From a bacterium (GTDB lineage: Bacteria; Patescibacteriota; Patescibacteriia; UBA10025): a DNA stretch of 64,000 nt. The stretch lies in the NCBI GenBank assembly GCA_021815445.1, contig JAKAGM010000002.1, positions 225,345 through 289,344 on the forward strand, written 5' to 3'. The position numbers and the translations under genes are program-made. Shown one piece after another: positions 56,976 to 64,000 of the stretch (the stretch's first letter is position 1; each line of letters opens with the position of its first letter). A model generated the notes under the pieces. It saw only the letters and a program-made list of their open reading frames with translations. It had not been told where the DNA came from and made no database searches.

Positions 56976-57632
56976 ATGCCGACTCCTCGGATGGAAAAAA
57001 TCATTCCCGTACTCAAACGCGAAGTGAAAAAATACCAGACGCCGATTGTTGAAGTCATTGCCGCCGAGCGAAATGACCCGTTCACGATCCTCATTTCGAC
57101 TATGTTGAGTTTACGCACTAAGGATACGACGACTGCCGAGGCCTCCCGGCGGCTGTTCCGTGTTGCCAACACTCCGAAAAGTATGTTGGAGCTTACCGCA
57201 AAACAGATTGAGAAGCTCATCTACCCGGTGGGTTTCTATAAGACAAAAGCAAAAAGCATTCTCAGGACATGCTCGATACTTAGAGAACAGTATGAAGGCA
57301 AAGTTCCGGATACCATAGAACAGCTTGTCGGGCTTCCCGGTGTGGGGAGGAAAACGGCAAACTTGGTGGTGAGTCTCGGCTTCGGCAAAGACGGCATCTG
57401 CGTCGATACGCACGTCCACCGAATTTCGAACCGGCTAGGGTATGTCGAAACGAAGACTCCTTTTGAAACCGAGATGGCACTTCGCAAGAAACTTCCCCGA
57501 AGGTACTGGAAGGATATCAACGTCCTTTTGGTCACGTGGGGGCAGAACGTCTGCGCGCCTATTTCACCACATTGCTCTGCCTGCGCAATCCGGAAATGGT
57601 GCACAAGGAGAGGGGTGACTACAGCCAGGTAA
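56976..57632 (+). CDS. nth: Endonuclease III
   Basis: HhH LPGVGRKTANLV, catalytic Lys/Asp regions, C-terminal 4Fe-4S motif C-x6-C-x2-C-x5-C. Confidence 0.85.
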   Translation: MPTPRMEKIIPVLKREVKKYQTPIVEVIAAERNDPFTILISTMLSLRTKDTTTAEASRRLFRVANTPKSMLELTAKQIEKLIYPVGFYKTKAKSILRTCSILREQYEGKVPDTIEQLVGLPGVGRKTANLVVSLGFGKDGICVDTHVHRISNRLGYVETKTPFETEMALRKKLPRRYWKDINVLLVTWGQNVCAPISPHCSACAIRKWCTRRGVTTAR

Positions 57633-58050
57633 AACTTTGCTTCTTGTGCAGGTCATTGTTACCTTTGACGGAATTATTATCTTTGGTACCATTTACTCGT
57701 CCCCTTGAACGCACTGATAATTTCTTAGTAAGCAACCGGGGGATGTCTCGCACCTTTTACCCCCTGGTCCAATACCGGACCAATGGAGGAGCTCTATGAA
57801 TCGCCGTAGCTCGTCGTTCTGTGGTTACACCGCGTGAAGCCGGCAGAACTGTCGCGAAAAGAGCCGCGGGCATAACACTTCCATGAGCATCTTCTCAAGA
57901 TGGTGGCGCGTCAGAACGAAAGCAAGGCCTTTTCATTCCTGCTGTTCTTCACGGGGACCACAGAGCGACCCGTAATCGGGTCCGAAACTTCGTGGAGCGT
58001 TCGGAGGTTGTTTCCTCTGGATTTGGCCAACTCGCGCAACTCTTTCGCAC

Positions 58051-58106
58051 CCGTCTTTCTAGGTTACTTCCCCAGCGGGGATTTACGGAAAGACGGAGTT
58101 TTTTTG
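58051..58106 (+). terminator. Rho-independent terminator at end of 540-nt gene-free region
   Basis: CCGTCTTTC..GGAAAGACGG stem followed by TTTTTTT. Confidence 0.5.
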
Positions 58107-58183
58107 AAAAGGTATTTTGTGGCATCCTGAAATTAGATTGCACTTGGAGAATATTCCGAAACGTTTTATACTAAAGCTACTCT

Positions 58184-59689
58184 ATGCCACTTTTTCTCCG
58201 AGCAAAAAAGCTTGATTTCACCTCTGACAGTTCTCCGCCGATTGTAGTACTCCGCGAGGAGGAGGGAGCGATTTTTGGCATCCAGCTTGGCGACATGGTC
58301 GAGCTTTTCGTGGGCGGCCAAAAGATTATCGCCCGCGCCTTTTTTAGCACGCGCAAAGTAAACCGGGGACAAGTGGGTCTTTTCCGTGAAACGTGGTTCC
58401 ATAAAAAAGAATCCATCAAGAACGGGGATCTCGTCGAGATCCACGAACTTTCCCGCCCGCCCTCCATCCAAGCCATCAAGAAAAAACTTCTCGGCAAGCA
58501 TTTAAACTATTCAGAGATTCATTCCATCATCCGCGACCTTGTGGACCACCGCTTGAGCCACGTCGATGTGACCTACTTCGTCGCTTCAAGTTTCGTTAAA
58601 GAATACACTGACCAAGAACTCTATTATCTGACCAAGGCCATAGCCGAGACGGGGGAACAGGTCAGGTTTCCAGCCAAGATCGTTTGCGACAAACATTCGG
58701 TAGGCGGACTGGCAGGCAATCGTACGACGATGATTATTGTACCCATAGTTGCCTGTACGGGTCTCACCATCCCCAAAACATCCTCGCGCGCGATCACTTC
58801 ACCCACAGGCACTGCCGACACCATGGAGGTATTAGCGCCCGTCAGCTTCGGTGTCCAGCGTATTAAGCAAATCGTCAAAAAGACCAAAGCATGCCTCGTG
58901 TGGGGAGGGAGCCTCGAGCTTGCCCCCGCCGATGACGAAATTATCCACGTCTCCCGTCCTATTTCTCTCGAGCCATTCACCAAAATGATTGTTTCCATCA
59001 TCGCGAAGAAGGTCGCTATGGGTATCACCCACCTGGTTATCGATATTCCCTACGGTCCGACGACCAAAGTCCCGCACAGATCCCAGGCAGAGTGGGTCGC
59101 GAAAAAATTCCGCTTTCTAGGCAGGAAATTCGGCATTAAAATGAGGATACTCATGACTGATTCGCGAGAATCTGTCGGGCGCGGCATCGGGCCGGCTCTC
59201 GAGGCGCGGGATGTGCTGAGAGTTCTCCAGCAGAAAGAATGGCGCCCGAAGGATTTGGAGGATAAATCCATCCGTCTCGCGGGGATTATTTTTGAGCTCA
59301 CAGGAATCGCCAAGCGCGGGACCGGGAGCTCTCTCGCCAGGGACATTCTACTCTCGGGCAAAGCGTGGAAAAAAATGCAGGAAATAATCCGCGCGCAGGG
59401 CGGCAAGGCGTTGATAGATTCAGAAGACGTGACACTCGCCGCAAAGCGCTACCGCGTACACGCGGGGATCCAGGGGATAGTCCGCAAGGTAGACAATCAT
59501 GTCATCAACGATATTGCTCGGATTCTCGGCGCTCCCTACGACAAACGCGGCGGCATTTTCCTCAATAAGCGCATCGGCGATAGGTGCCGTGTCGGGGACC
59601 GCCTATTCACGCTGTATGCATCAAATGCAGAACGGATAAAACTCGCGCTTGATGCACTCCAGCGGGTCCATATCTACACCGTTCGATAA
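58184..59689 (+). CDS. AMP phosphorylase (thymidine phosphorylase family, archaeal-type DeoA)
   Basis: ~500 aa with N-terminal extension, KHSVGGLAGNRTT phosphate-binding motif of thymidine phosphorylase family. Confidence 0.7.
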   Translation: MPLFLRAKKLDFTSDSSPPIVVLREEEGAIFGIQLGDMVELFVGGQKIIARAFFSTRKVNRGQVGLFRETWFHKKESIKNGDLVEIHELSRPPSIQAIKKKLLGKHLNYSEIHSIIRDLVDHRLSHVDVTYFVASSFVKEYTDQELYYLTKAIAETGEQVRFPAKIVCDKHSVGGLAGNRTTMIIVPIVACTGLTIPKTSSRAITSPTGTADTMEVLAPVSFGVQRIKQIVKKTKACLVWGGSLELAPADDEIIHVSRPISLEPFTKMIVSIIAKKVAMGITHLVIDIPYGPTTKVPHRSQAEWVAKKFRFLGRKFGIKMRILMTDSRESVGRGIGPALEARDVLRVLQQKEWRPKDLEDKSIRLAGIIFELTGIAKRGTGSSLARDILLSGKAWKKMQEIIRAQGGKALIDSEDVTLAAKRYRVHAGIQGIVRKVDNHVINDIARILGAPYDKRGGIFLNKRIGDRCRVGDRLFTLYASNAERIKLALDALQRVHIYTVR

Positions 59690-59835
59690 AAACTGTACCG
59701 AGTAATAGCCGATTTTCCTGCCCTTTTTACCTAGGGTTGACGCGTTTTAGGTAGAATGATAATCTGTTAATAGGAATGGTTCTCATTAATATTTTCATGA
59801 CTCCGGTAAAAAAGCTTAAAAACGGCAAATATCGG

Positions 59836-60342
59836 ATGAGTAGCCAGCGGCGCTTAATCTTAGAGTATTTGCGCACTCATAAAGGCCATGCCACGGCAGA
59901 GGAAGTTTTTGCCGCGCTGAAAAATCGGTGGCGCTCGATGGGTCTCGGTACCGTGTATCGCAATCTGAATTTTCTTCACGAACACGGGTATATTGAGGAA
60001 ATTTTTGCACCGGGCCACATCGCTATGTACAGCGGGCGGGTAGATCCCCATCTGCATTTCCGCTGCGACAACTGCGGGACAATTTATGAATTCGACATGC
60101 CCAACGTTTTTCTCGGTGAACGCAACAGACTGCGGGACGAAGGATTTGCCATCAGGCAGGAGCTCTTTGAGTTTTCCGGTATCTGCCAAAAATGCAGCGA
60201 GAAGGAAACGCGGGAATTGCGCGTCGCCCCGATTCTCTGCCAGGCCCACATGAAGTTTTCCGACGGCCTCCCTTTGGATCCCGTGATGTGCGCGCCATGC
60301 GCATTCCAGGAAACGTGCCTGTACCAAGTTCCCAAAAAATAA
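59836..60342 (+). CDS. Fur family transcriptional regulator with Cys-rich C-terminal extension
   Basis: RRLILEYLRTHKGHATAEEVF..GLGTVYRNL..HLHFRCDNCG; alternative upstream starts at 59776/59797 possible. Confidence 0.65.
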   Translation: MSSQRRLILEYLRTHKGHATAEEVFAALKNRWRSMGLGTVYRNLNFLHEHGYIEEIFAPGHIAMYSGRVDPHLHFRCDNCGTIYEFDMPNVFLGERNRLRDEGFAIRQELFEFSGICQKCSEKETRELRVAPILCQAHMKFSDGLPLDPVMCAPCAFQETCLYQVPKK

Positions 60343-60375
60343 ACTAATTTAATTACCTAAATACTAAAAAAATAT

Positions 60376-60591
60376 ATGAAGGTTGAAGTCAAACGAGACC
60401 TCTGTATCGGAGCCGCAAGCTGTATAGCGGTAGCTCCGGATGTGTTCGAACTCGATGGTGAGAATAAAGCGATTATTAAGAACCCAAAGGGCGCTGATGA
60501 CCAGACTATGCTTGATGCCGCCAAAGCATGCCCGACACAGGCGATCATAATAACGGATGACAACGGGAAACAAATTTTTCCCGAAGTGTAA
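60376..60591 (+). CDS. Small ferredoxin (single [3Fe-4S]/[4Fe-4S] cluster)
   Basis: CIGAASCIAVAP...ACPTQAI cysteine pattern, 71 aa. Confidence 0.7.
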   Translation: MKVEVKRDLCIGAASCIAVAPDVFELDGENKAIIKNPKGADDQTMLDAAKACPTQAIIITDDNGKQIFPEV

Positions 60592-60603
60592 TATATTTTT
60601 AGT

Positions 60604-61059
60604 ATGCCAACCTTGTCTGTCGGCGACCAGGCCCCACTTTTTCGTCTTTCGGATGCAGAAGGGCGCGACGTTTCGCTCGCAGATTTTAAGGGAAAGCAGA
60701 AAGTCGTGCTGATTTTTTATCCCGGTGATGACACTTCGGGATGTACGAAGCAGCTTTGTGCCGTCCGCGACGATTGGAAAAAGTTCCGGAAGGCCGATAT
60801 AGCCGTTTTTGGAGTCAACCACGCTGATGCGGAAAGCCACCAACAATTTAAAGATAAATACCATCTCACGACACCACTGCTTATCGATGAGGGGCATAAG
60901 GTGGCAAAGGCCTACGGTGCCGTACGACTCTCTTTTAACCCGTTAAAAATTAACCGAACTGTTGTCGGTATCTCGAAAGAAGGTACTATTATATACTTCC
61001 AACCCGGCATGCCGACAAATGACGAAATCCTGTCAGCCATGGGGGCACGCGAAGCATGA
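60604..61059 (+). CDS. bcp: Peroxiredoxin, Bcp-type thiol peroxidase
   Basis: FYPGDDTSGCTKQLCAVRD with peroxidatic and resolving Cys. Confidence 0.8.
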   Translation: MPTLSVGDQAPLFRLSDAEGRDVSLADFKGKQKVVLIFYPGDDTSGCTKQLCAVRDDWKKFRKADIAVFGVNHADAESHQQFKDKYHLTTPLLIDEGHKVAKAYGAVRLSFNPLKINRTVVGISKEGTIIYFQPGMPTNDEILSAMGAREA

Positions 61060-61802
61060 AAGAGCTTTCAGTTGACAATCTTCATGTCGCCATAGACGGA
61101 AATGAAATTCTCAAAGGACTTTCGCTTGTCGTAAAGCCCGGCGAAGTGCACGCGCTGATGGGGCCCAACGGGTCAGGGAAATCAACTCTGGCATCGACGT
61201 TGATGGGGCATCCACGGTATGAAATCACAGAGGGCTCGGTCAACCTCGGGGGAGAGGATATAGCTTCACTGAGCCCTGACAAGCGCGCGAAAGCCGGACT
61301 TTTTTTGTCTTTTCAATATCCCGCCGAGCTCTCCGGAGTCAGCCTCCAAAATTTTTTGCGCACGGCATACAACAATGTGAAACGGCCGAGCGGCAATCCC
61401 ATCCCCGTGCTTGAATTCCGCAGAATGCTTCTCGAGAATATGAAAAAGCTGGGCATGGACGAAAAATTTGCCGGCAGGTCCGTCAACGAAGGGTTCTCCG
61501 GAGGAGAAAAGAAACGCGCTGAAATAGTTCAGCTCGCCGTCCTCGATCCGACAATTGCCATCCTCGATGAAACTGATTCGGGGTTGGATGTAGACGCGCT
61601 CAAAGCTGTCGCCCAGGGCATCGAGGCGTTACGCGGGCCCAGCCTCGGCATTGTATTAATAACCCACTATTCCCGGATTTTAAAATATATCGAGCCCGAT
61701 TTTGTTCACATTATGGTCAATGGGAAGATCATCGCTTCAGGAAAAGCTGATTTGGCGCACCAAATTGAGGAAAAAGGGTATGAAGGAATGGGTAATAGAT
61801 AA
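61056..61802 (+). CDS. sufC: Fe-S cluster assembly ATPase SufC
   Basis: Walker [10 protein letters not shown], signature FSGGEKKR, Walker [11 protein letters not shown]; overlaps bcp stop by 4 nt. Confidence 0.9.
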   Translation: MKELSVDNLHVAIDGNEILKGLSLVVKPGEVHALMGPNGSGKSTLASTLMGHPRYEITEGSVNLGGEDIASLSPDKRAKAGLFLSFQYPAELSGVSLQNFLRTAYNNVKRPSGNPIPVLEFRRMLLENMKKLGMDEKFAGRSVNEGFSGGEKKRAEIVQLAVLDPTIAILDETDSGLDVDALKAVAQGIEALRGPSLGIVLITHYSRILKYIEPDFVHIMVNGKIIASGKADLAHQIEEKGYEGMGNR

Positions 61803-61834
61803 TTTTCGCGCACCCTCGGAGTGGTGCGCTTTGT

Positions 61835-63292
61835 ATGGATAGGAGCGCAGGTTTCCGTGCCTGCGCGAAGCAGAAAATACCAATGCCTGCAGCTACCAAA
61901 CAACCCGTTATCAACGACATAGCCTCCCAACAATTCGGCGCAGACCCGATAGCGTATTCCTTCATGTCCAAACCCGGCCTCTCAGAACGCGTGGTGAAGG
62001 AAATTTCACATTACAAAAACGAGCCCGAATGGATGCGGGCCCAGCGTTTGCGTGCGCTCAAAATTTTCGACAGCAAGCCCATGCCGACATGGGGAGCCGA
62101 CCTTTCCGATATCGACTTCCAGTCTATTTATTATTACCTGCGACCGACAGACAAAGTGGCGAAAACCTGGGATGATGTTCCCGATTCAATCCGCAAGACC
62201 TACGACCGCCTCGGGATCCCTCAGGCCGAGCGCAAATACCTCGCCGGCGTCATGGCGCAGTACGAGAGCGAGGCCGTGTATCATTCGCTCAAAAGCCAGC
62301 TGGAAAAGCTCGGGGTTATTTTCCTCGATATGGACACGGCGTTGAAGAAACATCCCGATATCGTGAAAAAGTATTTCGGTACGGTGATCCCCGCCGGCGA
62401 CAACAAACTTGCCGCGCTGAACTCAGCGGTCTGGTCAGGAGGCAGTTTCGTGTATGTTCCTTCCGGAGTTCGTGTGGAAATCCCGCTGCAGGCATACTTC
62501 AGGATCAACGCCGAGCGCGCGGGCCAATTCGAGCGGACGCTGATTGTTGCCGAGGAAGGCAGCTATGTGCACTACGTTGAAGGGTGTACGGCGCCTATTT
62601 ACACCGCAAATTCGCTCCACGCTGCCGTGGTGGAAATCATAGTGAAAAAAGGCGCGAGAGTCCGTTACACCACAGTCCAAAACTGGTCAAAGAACGTCTA
62701 TAACCTCGTCACTAAGCGGACATACGTGTATGAAGAAGGAACGATGGAATGGGTGGACGGAAACTTCGGGAGCAAAGTAACTATGAAATACCCCTCCGTG
62801 TATCTACTCGGTAAAGGGGCAAAGGGGGACGTGCTGTCGCTAGCTTTCGCCGGTGCAGGCCAGCACCAGGACGCGGGCGGCAAAGCAATTCACGGGGCCC
62901 CGTATACGAGCTCGAAAATAGTTTCAAAATCAGTGTCAAAAGAATCAGGCAGGACATCATACCGTGGGATGGTATTCATTCCCCACGGCATGAAAGGGTG
63001 CAAGTCCACGGTGATTTGCGATGCGCTGCTGCTGGACGAACATTCTCGTTCTGACACTTATCCCACGATGGATATTCGCGAATCAGACACGCAAATTACC
63101 CACGAAGCGACTGTCGGAAAAATAGGTGAAAACCAGTTGTTCTACTTAATGTCGAGAGGTTTGTCGCAGGCCGAAGCGATGAGCATGGTGGTATCAGGGT
63201 TTATAGAACCGATAGCCAAAGAAATTCCGCTTGAATACGCGGTAGAAATGAACCGCTTAATTGAAATGGAAATGGAGGGAAGCGTCGGTTAG
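61835..63292 (+). CDS. sufB: Fe-S cluster assembly protein SufB
   Basis: Typical SufB conserved blocks ([48 protein letters not shown]). Confidence 0.85.
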   Translation: MDRSAGFRACAKQKIPMPAATKQPVINDIASQQFGADPIAYSFMSKPGLSERVVKEISHYKNEPEWMRAQRLRALKIFDSKPMPTWGADLSDIDFQSIYYYLRPTDKVAKTWDDVPDSIRKTYDRLGIPQAERKYLAGVMAQYESEAVYHSLKSQLEKLGVIFLDMDTALKKHPDIVKKYFGTVIPAGDNKLAALNSAVWSGGSFVYVPSGVRVEIPLQAYFRINAERAGQFERTLIVAEEGSYVHYVEGCTAPIYTANSLHAAVVEIIVKKGARVRYTTVQNWSKNVYNLVTKRTYVYEEGTMEWVDGNFGSKVTMKYPSVYLLGKGAKGDVLSLAFAGAGQHQDAGGKAIHGAPYTSSKIVSKSVSKESGRTSYRGMVFIPHGMKGCKSTVICDALLLDEHSRSDTYPTMDIRESDTQITHEATVGKIGENQLFYLMSRGLSQAEAMSMVVSGFIEPIAKEIPLEYAVEMNRLIEMEMEGSVG

Positions 63293-63381
63293 CAACTTTT
63301 GTAATTCGTCACCCTGAACTTGATTCAGGATCTTTACAGAGTTTGTAAAGATTCCGGGTCAAGCCCGGAATGACTTTACCT

Positions 63382-64000
63382 ATGTCTACCTTTCTCACAA
63401 CTCCACGTCCAAAAAAAGATCCGTTACGGCCGTACCCGGAGAACCTTGCTGCGCAAACTATGAAACACAATGTTCCAGCTGGCGAAGAAGTTGTTATTCC
63501 AATTAAACTTGTCTCCGGATTTGTTGATATCGATGTACAAGTTGCGGAAGCCGCGCACGCAACCGTGATATTGCAAGTAAAGAATCGAGTGGATTTTTCA
63601 CGAGTCCAGCTTCATGGTATCCTCAAAAAAGACGCTAAGTTCCATCTGGTCGGCGACATTTCCGGAGGACAGCGGATCGAAGTGAAAGCATGGATTGAGC
63701 TCCGTGAAAGCGGCAGTGAGGCGAAGGTGTCGGGGATGTTTACTGGCGCGGGCGCAGAACACCAGGGTATGCATGTGCTGATGGAGCATATGGCGCCGTC
63801 CACCAGAGGAGATATTTTCCTCCGCGGTGTGTACAAGGAAGAATCCCGCGGCGTATTCACCGGCCTCATCCGCGTAGCCAAGGACGCACAACAGACAAAT
63901 TCGTACTTTAAAGATGACGTACTTCTGTTCGATGACGCGTTAGCTGAGTCGTTGCCGACATTGGAGATTCTCGCCAACGACGTGAAAGCGTCGCACGGCT
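63382..64000 (+). CDS. sufD: Fe-S cluster assembly protein SufD (partial, runs off window end)
   Basis: Open frame to window end with SufBD-family motif LEILANDVKASHG; not in ORF track because no stop codon within window. Confidence 0.6.
   Translation, partial: MSTFLTTPRPKKDPLRPYPENLAAQTMKHNVPAGEEVVIPIKLVSGFVDIDVQVAEAAHATVILQVKNRVDFSRVQLHGILKKDAKFHLVGDISGGQRIEVKAWIELRESGSEAKVSGMFTGAGAEHQGMHVLMEHMAPSTRGDIFLRGVYKEESRGVFTGLIRVAKDAQQTNSYFKDDVLLFDDALAESLPTLEILANDVKASHG

Noticed and set aside
57633-58183. RNase P RNA, tmRNA or SRP RNA in the gene-free stretch
   Set aside because: Could not find the universally conserved P4/tag-ORF/domain IV motifs by eye on either strand; left as an unassigned candidate ncRNA rather than a called feature.
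63598-63977. Minus-strand ORFs of 97 and 121 aa at the window end
   Set aside because: They lie antisense to the open SufD reading frame, which continues the sufC-sufB operon and carries a SufBD-family motif.

Overview
This 64 kb window looks like a compact bacterial chromosome segment with about 50% GC. Gene content (short operons, AMP phosphorylase, DedA, PspC, many small hypotheticals) suggests a Patescibacteria/CPR-type genome, though I cannot confirm that from sequence alone. It contains ordinary housekeeping genes: dnaG-rpoD, sufC-sufB-sufD with Fur/ferredoxin/Bcp, ispH, nth, a MutY-like glycosylase, HU, mgtA, a KefB-like antiporter, an ABC exporter and an ABC-F ATPase. It also contains three clearly accessory or unusual regions. 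(1) 1-6.3 kb: an SF1 Upf1-like helicase, two degenerate tRNA-Ser-like copies, a GIY-YIG (YhbQ) gene and an intact tRNA-Ser(GGA), followed by a low-GC (~33%) island carrying a SIR2_2-domain protein, a DNase I-like EEP nuclease and an alpha/beta hydrolase, with a duplicated ~85-nt intergenic element. (2) 13.3-13.6 kb: a tRNA-Asn(GUU) interrupted in its anticodon loop by a ~217-nt group I intron with the conserved R/S (P7) core, next to a free-standing HNH endonuclease. (3) 30.1-50.5 kb: the most striking feature. A ~20 kb, almost entirely minus-strand cluster holds nine tandem, diverged paralogs, all ending in a PEP-utilizing-enzyme phosphohistidine swivel domain (motif GG-x-TSHAAI-x-RE-x-x-PC-x-x-G) behind variable, largely helical N-terminal regions. 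One separate gene encodes only the PpsA/PPDK N-terminal ATP-binding domain. Interspersed are three histidine-phosphatase-superfamily proteins, an APH-like kinase, a class I/II aminotransferase, a RapZ C-terminal-domain-only protein and an IS200/RAYT-like HUH transposase. I interpret this as a candidate split, multi-substrate phosphotransferase system of the rifampin-phosphotransferase/PEP-synthase type that has not, to my knowledge, been described. Other oddities: a sortase-like protein whose TLxTC cysteine is replaced by serine, a MutY-like glycosylase lacking the Fe-S cysteine motif, and a 540-nt gene-free stretch ending in a strong terminator (candidate ncRNA).
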